Source: an uncultured bacterium (GTDB taxonomy: Bacteria; SAR324; XYD2-FULL-50-16). Taken from it: DNA of 64,000 bases. The stretch lies in NCBI GenBank assembly GCA_965602905.1, contig CBFCZY010000016.1, positions 2,280 through 66,279 on the forward strand. Reading direction: 5' to 3'. The notes under the pieces are model-generated. The model had not been told where the DNA came from and did not search any database. It saw only the letters and a list, made by a program, of their open reading frames with translations. The position numbers and the translations under genes are program-made. Of this stretch, positions 19,035 through 27,477 are shown piece after piece; position 1 is the stretch's first letter; every line of letters starts with the position of its first letter.

Positions 19035-20042
19035 CTACTTAAAAGAAGCCAAAAGTTGGCTGTTTTTGGGGTGCTTGCCTAGGAGTTCGATCAACTTTTC
19101 AATGGCACCTCGATCATTTTCTTTTCCCAAGGTGCGGTAAAGAGTATTGAGTTGTTCATATTCTTCAGGCTCAAATAAAAGCTCGGCTCTGCGAGTAGCA
19201 CTTTTCAACACATCAATTGCAGGGAAAAGACCATTTTGCGCCAGTTTTTTAGAGAGTACCAATTCCATGTTTCCTGTGCCCTTGAATTCTTCAAAGATCA
19301 CTGTGTCCATGGCGCTTCCTGTATCCACTAAAATGGTAGCGATAATGGTGATGGAACCTGAATCTTCAACGTTGCGAGCAGCACCAAAAATTCGACGAGG
19401 GATTTCCATAGCCCCTGCGCCCATACCACCTGACATGGTTTTTCCACCACTGCGGTGATTGGTGTTGTGCACCCTTGCCAAGCGAGTCAAGGAATCGAGC
19501 AGGATCATTACATCATGCCCTTCTGCGGCCTCTTTGAAGGCCTTAGATATTACTTGGTCAGCCACTTTAATATGTTCTTCTTGGCCTTGGTCCATTGAAG
19601 AAGAGTAGACTTCTGCGGTCACGCCACGTTTAAAATCCGTTACCTCTTCTGGTCTCTCATCAACCAGTAGGCAGAAGACTTTCATGTCGGGGTGGCCTTC
19701 TGTGACAGCCTTACAAATATTCTTTAAAAATGTCGTTTTTCCAGAGCCTGGTGAGGACACAACCAGTGCACGTTGACCCATACCGATGGGGCAAATTAGA
19801 TCCAGCGCACGGACAGATAAATCATCACTACCCTTTTCTAAGATAATACGAGGGTAGGGGTTGATAGCCGTCCCGCCTAAAAACCGTTTTTCTTCTATGG
19901 ATTGACTTGGTTTTTTTGGGGCGTTGCCATGTTGGGAGCGTTGCTGCGGTCTTCGTTGCTGGCTTTTGCCTTGGGGCTTTGTGCCTTCTGGTCTTTTGCG
20001 TCTATGTTGGATGGGGTCTCGTGGAAAATTCGTTTTGGACAG
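19035..20042 (-). CDS. Rho-family transcription-termination ATPase homologue lacking the N-terminal RNA-binding domain; start codon unresolved (possible pseudogene)
   Basis: From ATG 19781 the sequence reads MGQRALVVSSPGSGKTTFL (Walker A) ..ARNVEDSGSITIIATILVDTGSAMDTVIFEEFKGTGNMELVLSKKLAQNGLFPAIDVLKSATRRAELL, closely matching the E. coli Rho C-terminal domain. Homology (FLGGTAINPYPRIILEKGSDDLSVRALDLICPIG) and the open frame continue upstream to the TAA at 20043-20045, but that stretch has no in-frame ATG, GTG or TTG. No Rho_N or OB-fold domain is encoded. Confidence 0.7.
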   Translation of the reverse strand: MSKTNFPRDPIQHRRKRPEGTKPQGKSQQRRPQQRSQHGNAPKKPSQSIEEKRFLGGTAINPYPRIILEKGSDDLSVRALDLICPIGMGQRALVVSSPGSGKTTFLKNICKAVTEGHPDMKVFCLLVDERPEEVTDFKRGVTAEVYSSSMDQGQEEHIKVADQVISKAFKEAAEGHDVMILLDSLTRLARVHNTNHRSGGKTMSGGMGAGAMEIPRRIFGAARNVEDSGSITIIATILVDTGSAMDTVIFEEFKGTGNMELVLSKKLAQNGLFPAIDVLKSATRRAELLFEPEEYEQLNTLYRTLGKENDRGAIEKLIELLGKHPKNSQLLASFK

Positions 20043-20112
20043 TTAATCTTTAGGCCATTCTATGAAGAAGCTGGGCTGGTGTCAAGCAACCCCTTTGCAG
20101 CTCCTTTGCCCC

Positions 20113-20739
20113 TTAATCGGGAATATGGCCTTTGGTAAAAAACAAGAGTTCCACAACCATGAACACAAAGAAAATTGCCGTAATTAAAGCTCCAAGCTTA
20201 ATGTAGGGCGTGCTAATCTCATCCACATCAATTTTAGCTACAATCCCAATATCTAAATTTTCTACTGGCCCATAGGCTGCAATGACCATCCTCCCTCGGT
20301 AGTCTTGCACAACCATGGTGCCAGTCTGTTTTTGTAAGGCCTTTTGCATGGGTTCCATTTCTGGGGCTGGAGTTTCGTTACTCACAACATCAATGGGATC
20401 ATGTCCAAGATAAAAGTGAGTTTTCGAGCCATCAATTTTAGCCAGTTGGAATTCACCAGTCTTTCCAAACTTAGCAAAGCTGGGGTGAACGCTGGTAAAT
20501 TGCTCTAGTGTTTCCTTCAATGCCATCTCAGGGCCATAGCCCATTTTGATCTCTTCTTCCAATTCATGTTCATAAGCTTGGGCAATATATAGACTCCTGT
20601 TATGAACTTTTTGAGTCAAACCTTGGGTTTGCTCTTCTAAAGCTTGAAAATAGGTAATGGATAGATAGAGGAAAGCTGCGGTTATAGACAGGATTGAAAA
20701 AATTGCAGTAATCAAAAAACGGCGTTCTCGAAGTTCCAT
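20113..20739 (-). CDS. Membrane protein consisting only of TM-Cache-like periplasmic domain-TM (no output domain)
   Basis: 208 aa. TM1 is FLITAIFSILSITAAFLYLSI. The periplasmic part ends in the Cache-like motif TGTMVVQDYRGRMVIAAYGPVENLDIGIVAKIDVDE. TM2 is LGALITAIFFVFMVVELLFF, followed by only 8 cytoplasmic residues. Confidence 0.6.
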   Translation of the reverse strand: MELRERRFLITAIFSILSITAAFLYLSITYFQALEEQTQGLTQKVHNRSLYIAQAYEHELEEEIKMGYGPEMALKETLEQFTSVHPSFAKFGKTGEFQLAKIDGSKTHFYLGHDPIDVVSNETPAPEMEPMQKALQKQTGTMVVQDYRGRMVIAAYGPVENLDIGIVAKIDVDEISTPYIKLGALITAIFFVFMVVELLFFTKGHIPD

Positions 20740-21407
20740 AGTTGACCTTATCTGTGATCTTTGGCGTTTGCGAAATAGATTTAGATTAGTGAAATCAGCC
20801 TAACCTAGCTCCCAAGTTATGAGTATTTTAGCGCAAGTCATTCAAAAGATATAGATAAAAAGCTTCTCCTTAATCGTGATGACAGCCCTAATGCTTACCA
20901 GCTAGCGGCTCAAAATAGCGATAGAATTTTATTGGCAATAGACACACTCAAAAGCAGTGCGAAGGGTGGGTCTAGCGTGAAGGCAATCACAGATAAGGTA
21001 AAGCCACCAAAGAAGAGGGTCTTACCCCAGCCGATCAAGCGAGGGACCTCAGACCAATGGATGTTCTCGGCCTCCCCTAAGGTCAGTTTGGCCTGTGGTC
21101 TTGGCCAGTGTAGATGTGGTAACTGATGTAGGTTCATAAAACCTCCTTTTGTTTAGATAATAATAGCACAAAAGGAGTAGAATTAACAGCAGGCTTAGCC
21201 TTGCCCAAAAGGCACTATTGAGGCTTTTGCTCTCAATCTTCAAGCCCAAAACCTTGGGGCCAATCTAACTCAAGTTTAGATATTTTGGTAATCTAAAAGA
21301 GACTAAGGCAGCAGCGGTAATTTGAGTTCCTGCAAATTTTTGCTAGTTTTATATCTCTAGTATAGCTAGTATATAGCATCTAATGAATACGCAAATACCC
21401 CAGTTTG

Positions 21408-23381
21408 ATGACCAATAAACAACTTCTCTTTTTGATTCTACTCCTGTTTTTTGGGCAGGCAACGAACGCCGCTGTCCTGCCCTCAAGTGTTGGTGGGCAA
21501 GAAAGAATTCTTCTAACTCCTTATTTCTCCATTTTAAAAGATGCCTCAGGTAAACTAACGCCAGAAGAGGCTATAAAAGAGGACTTTACTCTTTTAAGGA
21601 TTCCAAAAAGTAGCGAAACCTATTCCTTTGGTTATTTAAACGACGTAGTATGGTTAAAGCTCAGTTTTAAAACAAACGACAAGGCTCAATCCATGATTCT
21701 GGAACAGGGTATCTGGTATGTGCATAGTTTTAAGGCATGGTTGTTTGGCAAGGGTAAGGTTCAGTTTTCCCAAACAGGGTCGCATCTCCCTAGCGCCCAA
21801 CGACCCATTAAGGCCCACAGTCTAGCCGTTCCTTTCGAATTAGTGGCCAACACAGAATACGAAATTTTACTGAGGATGGATTCAAAGCAAATTCTAGAGT
21901 TCAGTCTAATACTTTGGGAACCCGGTGCTTTCTGGGCACATGACACCTCTGAGATTCGGTTATCTTCCATGTACATGGGAATTTATTTGATCATTATCTT
22001 GTATGCCTTTATCTTATCGGTAGGAATTAAGGATGCCACTTTTGCATGGTATGGCATTCTGTTGATCCTGCTTTTAGCTAGCTTGGGTATTGTTGGAGGG
22101 GAGTGGAACCGAATTTTCTTTTTTGAAAATCCGCAGATCCTGTACCTCTTTTTCCCCTTTACTCGGGTGACGGCAATCTTTGTTTTTATAAGGTTCATCC
22201 AGTCTTTTTCTCAGTCTAAAGACCGCTGTCCACAATTGCACAGAGCAGCCAATGGCTTGGCGATTCTTTACCCCGTCACTTTGGTCAGCTTCCTGTTTGT
22301 AGAAATTTCCACAGCGCAGTATGCAAGTGCACTCCTTGCTGTGATCGTTGTTGGATTCAGTTTTGCTATATCGGTAAAAGTTTATTTGCAGGGCCACAGA
22401 GAAGCTAAGTATGCAGTGTTGGCCACAGGCCTTTATGGGATATCCAATGTCTTGATTGTGGTGCGGCAGTTAGGGCTCGTTTCGACACCTGCTATGGGGT
22501 TAGGGGCAGCAAAGATTTTTTCTTTGATCGATATTACCCTCTTGGCTTTGGCCCTAGCCAGTAAGTTTAAAGTGATCAGGGAAGAGCACAAGGTCGCCCA
22601 GAATGCACTCTTTAAACAGGCACAAGAGCATACCGATGAATTGGAGGGGAAAGTTGAGCAGCGAACCCTAGAATTATCATTAAGCCAGCAGGAACTAGAA
22701 AAGGCCAATGAGGCGAAAGACCAGTTCTTTTCTATTCTAGCCCATGATTTACGTGGCCCCATTGGAGCCTTAAACTCCACTTTGGAGTGTGTTCACCGCA
22801 AGGAAATCGACTGGAATGCCAAGGTAGCAAAAGTTTGCGCCAACTCCTCAGAGCAGGTGTACCAGCTTTTAGAAAATCTATTGATCTGGGCGCAGTCGCA
22901 GCAAAACACACTGCAACCCAACCCCACACCGATCAACGTAAATAATTTGTTTCACCATTCCCGTGAATTGGTAACAGAAAGAGCCGCCCAAAAAAATATT
23001 GAAATCACCATTTCATGCTCTGATGATTTATCCCTATTGGCCGATGAAATGATGACGCAAACAATACTGCGGAATCTGCTTTCTAACAGCCTAAAATTCA
23101 CAGAAAAAGGGAAGAATATCTATTTAAAAGCTCAGGTAGAAGGTGACCAAATTGTAATAGAGGTTCAGGATGAGGGTAAGGGAATGGAGCCTGAAAAAGC
23201 CAAGTCCTTGCTTGCAGAAGGCACAAAAAAAGAAAGTTTTCCTGGGACAGACAACGAGGCAGGTTCGGGGTTTGGGTTGACTCTAGTGCAAGAATTTGTG
23301 GCAAAAAATCAGGGGCGGCTAGAGCTGACCAGCGAAATGGGAGTGGGGAGCACATTTAGAGTTTATTTACCCCTAAGTTAA
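21408..23381 (+). CDS. 7TMR-DISM family sensor histidine kinase (7TMR-DISMED2 extracellular domain, 7 TM, HisKA, HATPase)
   Basis: Signal peptide plus a ~170-aa extracellular domain, then seven hydrophobic segments (aa ~190-390) and a coiled coil. The H-box is FFSILAHDLRGPIG and the N-box is [16 protein letters not shown]; G-boxes are DEGKGM and GSGFGL. The track ORF starts at TTG 21405; the adjacent ATG 21408 is used here. Confidence 0.85.
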   Translation: MTNKQLLFLILLLFFGQATNAAVLPSSVGGQERILLTPYFSILKDASGKLTPEEAIKEDFTLLRIPKSSETYSFGYLNDVVWLKLSFKTNDKAQSMILEQGIWYVHSFKAWLFGKGKVQFSQTGSHLPSAQRPIKAHSLAVPFELVANTEYEILLRMDSKQILEFSLILWEPGAFWAHDTSEIRLSSMYMGIYLIIILYAFILSVGIKDATFAWYGILLILLLASLGIVGGEWNRIFFFENPQILYLFFPFTRVTAIFVFIRFIQSFSQSKDRCPQLHRAANGLAILYPVTLVSFLFVEISTAQYASALLAVIVVGFSFAISVKVYLQGHREAKYAVLATGLYGISNVLIVVRQLGLVSTPAMGLGAAKIFSLIDITLLALALASKFKVIREEHKVAQNALFKQAQEHTDELEGKVEQRTLELSLSQQELEKANEAKDQFFSILAHDLRGPIGALNSTLECVHRKEIDWNAKVAKVCANSSEQVYQLLENLLIWAQSQQNTLQPNPTPINVNNLFHHSRELVTERAAQKNIEITISCSDDLSLLADEMMTQTILRNLLSNSLKFTEKGKNIYLKAQVEGDQIVIEVQDEGKGMEPEKAKSLLAEGTKKESFPGTDNEAGSGFGLTLVQEFVAKNQGRLELTSEMGVGSTFRVYLPLS

Positions 23382-23466
23382 GACAATTTAATTTCCCTAA
23401 AGCTTCTTTAAGTAGACCGTAGTTTTTAGTATATTTGATTTATAATGACCAACTTGGAGAGTGACT

Positions 23467-24333
23467 ATGTTATCTAGAGCCAAAAATTCTTTTACAGAAG
23501 AACAAAAAAACTGGTATTTCCGTTTAGTCATTACAGCAATTTTATCTGATGGAGAGGTAAACTCAGCAGAGGTTGTATACCTGACAGAGGTTTTAACGGC
23601 AGTCAAAAGCCCCGGTTTAAAAAAGGAGCTGATTGGATGCATCCAAGAACATAAATTCCCTGAATTAGGCCCTACTCCCGAATTTGATCGTCCTACCCAA
23701 TGTGCTATTTTTATAGAAATTGTTGAGATCTTAATTTGTGATGTGCACCTTGCTACACCAGAAAAAGACTTTATTAAGGATGTTGCAGGTTATTTCTCTT
23801 TTCCGAAAACATTTGAGAGGGAATTAATCGAATGGGCCTTTGATGGGCTTGCGTGGTATCACTCACGTAGTTTTTTAATTCACGGTAAGCTGAGTAAATC
23901 CAGACCTATTGAAAAAATTCCTATTGAAGACTTTAATCCAGACCAAAAATACCGCTACGCTTTGACTTTGGTTTCCACTGTCCTTTTAGACCATAAAATC
24001 GACCCTTGGGAACAACGATACGTCCATCAAGCCATTGGCCTAGTTGTTGAGGAAAATCAAAAGAAGGAACTTTTAGCTTACCTTGAGAAACAAGAACCAC
24101 CAAAGGTTGCCAGTCTGTCGACTTTTGGGCATGAGTGCCAGAGCATGATTTTAATTGAGGTGCTTTTGATGTTAAGCGTTGGGGTTTCCTCTCTGGAACA
24201 AAGCTCCTTAGACTACTTTAATGAGCTTTGCACAAGAGCAGATTATAACCTTGAAGATGCTCAAAAATTACTCCAATGGACTCAAAAGGGGATTACTTGG
24301 CGCGAGAATAAAGAAAGGTTAATTCAGGGATAA
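23467..24333 (+). CDS. Hypothetical protein with two tandem TerB-like helical domains
   Basis: Start set to ATG 23467, 6 nt after a GGAGA RBS. Both halves begin with the same pattern (FTEEQKNWYFRLVITAILSDGEVNSAEVVYL and FNPDQKYRYALTLVSTVLLDHKIDPWEQRYV), reminiscent of TerB/DjlA-N domains. A clear paralogue lies at 50060-50944. Confidence 0.5.
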   Translation: MLSRAKNSFTEEQKNWYFRLVITAILSDGEVNSAEVVYLTEVLTAVKSPGLKKELIGCIQEHKFPELGPTPEFDRPTQCAIFIEIVEILICDVHLATPEKDFIKDVAGYFSFPKTFERELIEWAFDGLAWYHSRSFLIHGKLSKSRPIEKIPIEDFNPDQKYRYALTLVSTVLLDHKIDPWEQRYVHQAIGLVVEENQKKELLAYLEKQEPPKVASLSTFGHECQSMILIEVLLMLSVGVSSLEQSSLDYFNELCTRADYNLEDAQKLLQWTQKGITWRENKERLIQG

Positions 24334-24462
24334 TTCATTTTGTGATTTTTCTAAGTTGTCATTGTTTTAATTTATCATTTTTTAGATTGAAAAACCAAAT
24401 TGCTGGTACCTCTCTCAGGGCAGTAAATAATAGAGATTCAAAAAACTAACATCAAACAAGAG

Positions 24463-25527
24463 ATGGTCATGACTCAAATAAACAAAGAAATGCCAGTAAT
24501 GGTAACGGGTGCAACGGGCTACGTTGCAGGCCATATCGTAAAGCTTCTTTTAGAGGCGGGGCTAACTGTCCACGCCCCCATCCGCAGCCCTGACGATAAA
24601 GAAAAAACTAAGTATTTAGATGAACTTGCAGAAAAGACCCAAGGTAAAATCGTCTATTTTAAGGCGGATCTTTTAGAATCGGGGTCTTATGACAAAGCCA
24701 TGGAAGGTTGTGAATTAGTTTTCCACACGGCTTCCCCTTTTATAACATCGGTAAAAGACCCTGTTAAAGACCTGATAGAGCCTGCCCTGTTGGGAACTAG
24801 AAATGTGGCCGAAGCTGCCAACCGCACTCAAACGGTCAAGCGAGTGGTGCTGACATCGAGCTGCGTGGCCGTTTTAGGTGATACCATTGATCTATTATCC
24901 TTACCAAATGGCACAGCCACAGAAGAGAACTGGAACGAGACTTCCACAGAAAAGCACCAACCCTATTCGTACTCCAAAACCCTTGCCGAAAAGGAAGCTT
25001 GGAAAATCAATGAGGCGCAGTCTCGCTGGGATTTAGTGGTAATCAACCCAACGTTGGTTTTAGGACCAGGCATCAATCCTCACGGCACTTCTGAAAGTTT
25101 TAGTATCTTTAAGCAATTGGGCGATGGCACCATAAAATCAGGTGCGCCTGATTTTGATATTGGCACTGTCGATGTTCGGGATGTGGCTCTGGCGCACTTC
25201 CAAGCGGCCTTTATCCCAGAAGCCCAAGGTAGGCACATTGTGTCTGCTAAAAGTGTGACTCTACTCGAAATTGCCAAGATCTTAGGCAATCATTTTGGTG
25301 ATGCCTTTCCTTTTCCTAAAAAGCAGCTACCTAAATTTATGGTTTGGTTGGTCGGCCCTTTAGTGGGTATGCCCCGAAAAATGGTATCTCGCAATATTGG
25401 TTACCCTTGGAAAGTGGATAATTCAAAGGCGCAAAAAGAACTGGGCATCAACTTTCGCCAGCCTGAAGACTATGTGGTTACCTTCTTCCAGCAACTGATT
25501 GATAGCGGGTATTTTAAGGGAAAGTAG
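24463..25527 (+). CDS. NAD(P)-dependent extended SDR (cinnamoyl-CoA/aldehyde reductase-like epimerase/dehydratase family)
   Basis: 354 aa with VTGATGYVAGHIV (GxxGxxG), the HTASP motif and YSYSK (YxxxK). Confidence 0.8.
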   Translation: MVMTQINKEMPVMVTGATGYVAGHIVKLLLEAGLTVHAPIRSPDDKEKTKYLDELAEKTQGKIVYFKADLLESGSYDKAMEGCELVFHTASPFITSVKDPVKDLIEPALLGTRNVAEAANRTQTVKRVVLTSSCVAVLGDTIDLLSLPNGTATEENWNETSTEKHQPYSYSKTLAEKEAWKINEAQSRWDLVVINPTLVLGPGINPHGTSESFSIFKQLGDGTIKSGAPDFDIGTVDVRDVALAHFQAAFIPEAQGRHIVSAKSVTLLEIAKILGNHFGDAFPFPKKQLPKFMVWLVGPLVGMPRKMVSRNIGYPWKVDNSKAQKELGINFRQPEDYVVTFFQQLIDSGYFKGK

Positions 25528-25545
25528 GAAATTCCAAGTTTCCTT

Positions 25546-25579
25546 AAGGGGAGCATCTTTACACAAAGATGCTTCCCTT
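25546..25579. terminator. Long hairpin between convergent genes (probable bidirectional terminator)
   Basis: AAGGGGAGCATCTTT-ACAC-AAAGATGCTTCCCTT: a 15-bp stem with one mismatch and a 4-nt loop, between the stop at 25527 (+) and the stop at 25599 (-). There is no clear U-tract on either side. Confidence 0.45.
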
Positions 25580-25598
25580 TAAGGAACAAAAGAAAAAA

Positions 25599-26630
25599 TT
25601 ATTTGACCCGAGGGCTAACAACAATATCCACCCTGCGGTTTAGGGCTTTGTTGGCTTGGCTGTTGTTAGGCACTACCGGTTGAAATTCGGCGTAGCCCGC
25701 AGCTGTAAATCGCTTTGGGTCTAGGTCCTTGTTTTTTAGCAAGTGACGTAAGACAGATAAAGAGCGCTCTGTGCTTAACTGCCAATTGTCGGTGTAGCGA
25801 CCTTTTGAAATTTTATCATTGTCAGTATGACCTTCAACAAAGATCTGATTTTCAGGGTAGTTGGCTAGAATTTTTCCAATTTTAGCAAAGGCCTTAAAGG
25901 CGCTTTTCTTTAACTGAGCCGACCCTGAAGCGAAGCTAATGCGGTTATCCACATTGATAATCAGCTTCCCGTGGAATTTTTTCAGGCGGATTTCCCCATT
26001 AATAATCTCATTTTTTAACTGTTTCGCCAGTTCCTGCTCCTGGGCTTTCATGCGTTCCAGTTCCGCTTTTTGGCTTTTGGTCAGGTTTTTTAACTGATCC
26101 AACTCAGCTTGCAAGTTACTCAGTTCCCTCATTTTTGCAGCTAGCTCTTCTTCTAAAGCCTGCTTTTTTGTCAGGTGAGCCTCGTTTTGTTCTTCCATCT
26201 GCGCAGTTAGGGCTAGAGTCTGCGCCTTAAAGCGCTTTTCCATCGCAAGGTTAGCTTGTAAAAGCTCCTTTTCTCGGTCACCTGATTTTGCCTTGAGAAT
26301 TTTAACGGTCTTCTCTAGTTCTAAAATTCTGGCGCTACTACTGGCCTTGGTTTGTTCCAGTTCCTTTTGGGTGCTATTAAACTTACCCTCTAAGTTGGCA
26401 AGCTGATTTTCCAGCTCACGAATTCGCTGTTTTAAATTGGTGGTTTCATTGGCAAAAAGCCGTTTGAATTCGTCTAATTCTCGCTCAAGCCCCACCTTAT
26501 CTTTATAGCAATATTTTTGCTGTAACTGGGTGGCAACCATATAGTTTTGGCACTGGGCTAAGCTTTCGGCTGCTTGAAGGGGCGGTGTCAAAAGGAACAA
26601 GGCCCAAAATCCTAAAATCATTTTTTTCAT
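25599..26630 (-). CDS. OmpA/MotB-domain protein with a long N-terminal coiled coil
   Basis: 343 aa. Signal peptide MKKMILGFWALFLLTPPLQA, then ~200 aa of heptad-rich E/K/L/Q sequence. The C-terminus reads FASGSAQL..VEGHTDN..NWQLSTERSLSVLRHL..NRRVDIVV, which is OmpA_C-like. Confidence 0.8.
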   Translation of the reverse strand: MKKMILGFWALFLLTPPLQAAESLAQCQNYMVATQLQQKYCYKDKVGLERELDEFKRLFANETTNLKQRIRELENQLANLEGKFNSTQKELEQTKASSSARILELEKTVKILKAKSGDREKELLQANLAMEKRFKAQTLALTAQMEEQNEAHLTKKQALEEELAAKMRELSNLQAELDQLKNLTKSQKAELERMKAQEQELAKQLKNEIINGEIRLKKFHGKLIINVDNRISFASGSAQLKKSAFKAFAKIGKILANYPENQIFVEGHTDNDKISKGRYTDNWQLSTERSLSVLRHLLKNKDLDPKRFTAAGYAEFQPVVPNNSQANKALNRRVDIVVSPRVK

Positions 26631-26635
26631 AATAG

Positions 26636-27295
26636 TTATAGTTGATCAGGGTGGGTTAGGGCTTCAAAGGTAGAAAGCTGACGATTGTAGGCGCTTTCGG
26701 CCTTGTCAAAGTTACTTTCAGAAATCCCCAAGTGACTCTTAAAACCAGCGATTTTAATGGGCTCATAGCCTTGCAGAAGTTTACCCTCTTCACTGCTTAA
26801 GTAAAGATCGGCAATCACGGCTTCTTGCAGCATTTGCATGGCAACTTTCAAGGCTAGCTCAGCGTCTAACAGCTTCAATTGCATTTTAAGTGTTTTCTTT
26901 TCTGAGGTATAATAGCTTAATATTTTACTCTTTTTCTCAGAGGTCGCCTCCTGCTTAAAGAGTAGAGACTTAGATTCCGCTATTTTAGCTTCATCCTTTT
27001 CTTTGGCCTTTTCCAGTTCAGCTAAGGTGGCTTTGGAAGTTTTTACTTCTTCTTGGGCCTGCTTAAGCTCGATTGTAGCCTTGGCTAGGGCGATTTTATT
27101 TTGAAAGTTTTTCTTGTCTAGAACGATTTTTTTATCAGGGATAACAATAATCTCCCTTTCTACCTTCTCTAAAGCTTCTGCATCTTCTTGGGTGGCATTT
27201 TGCAGTAAATCAGTGCTGACACGAGGGGGTAAGGCTGTGGGGGCACATGAGGCAAGCCACAGTAGTGATATAAGGATAATAATTTTTTTTTGCAT
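26636..27295 (-). CDS. Coiled-coil lipoprotein, function unknown
   Basis: 219 aa with lipobox LLWLASC and an E/K/A-rich helical sequence. It sits 5 nt upstream of the OmpA-domain gene on the same strand. Confidence 0.55.
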   Translation of the reverse strand: MQKKIIILISLLWLASCAPTALPPRVSTDLLQNATQEDAEALEKVEREIIVIPDKKIVLDKKNFQNKIALAKATIELKQAQEEVKTSKATLAELEKAKEKDEAKIAESKSLLFKQEATSEKKSKILSYYTSEKKTLKMQLKLLDAELALKVAMQMLQEAVIADLYLSSEEGKLLQGYEPIKIAGFKSHLGISESNFDKAESAYNRQLSTFEALTHPDQL

Positions 27296-27434
27296 TCTGT
27301 ACTTTATCTTTTTTAGTTTTGTAAAAAATAATTATAAGCTATTCCTTTTCATAGGTAAAGGCTCAGAGGCAAACTATAAGCAATTCCTTTAGGCCAATAC
27401 AATCACTTGGCACTGGGTTACAAATAATTACCTG

Positions 27435-27477
27435 AGCTCTAGTGACTTCCCTCAGCTCTAGTGACTTCCCTCAGCTC
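27435..27477. repeat. 19-bp direct tandem duplication (2.3 copies of CTAGTGACTTCCCTCAGCT) spanning the stop codon of the SGNH hydrolase gene
   Basis: Read directly: positions 27439-27457 equal 27458-27476, with partial copies on both sides. Confidence 0.85.

Noticed and set aside
19902-20138. 78-aa plus-strand ORF (MTWFFWGVAMLGALL...)
   Set aside because: It is antisense to the basic-tail region of the Rho-like frame, hydrophobic and low-complexity, and has no RBS. It is most likely spurious.
20910-21249. Two overlapping minus-strand ORFs (75 aa and 66 aa) in the 665-nt gap upstream of the Cache gene
   Set aside because: No recognisable domain, no convincing RBS, and they overlap each other in different frames. 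They could be remnants of a degraded gene, but I cannot support a call.
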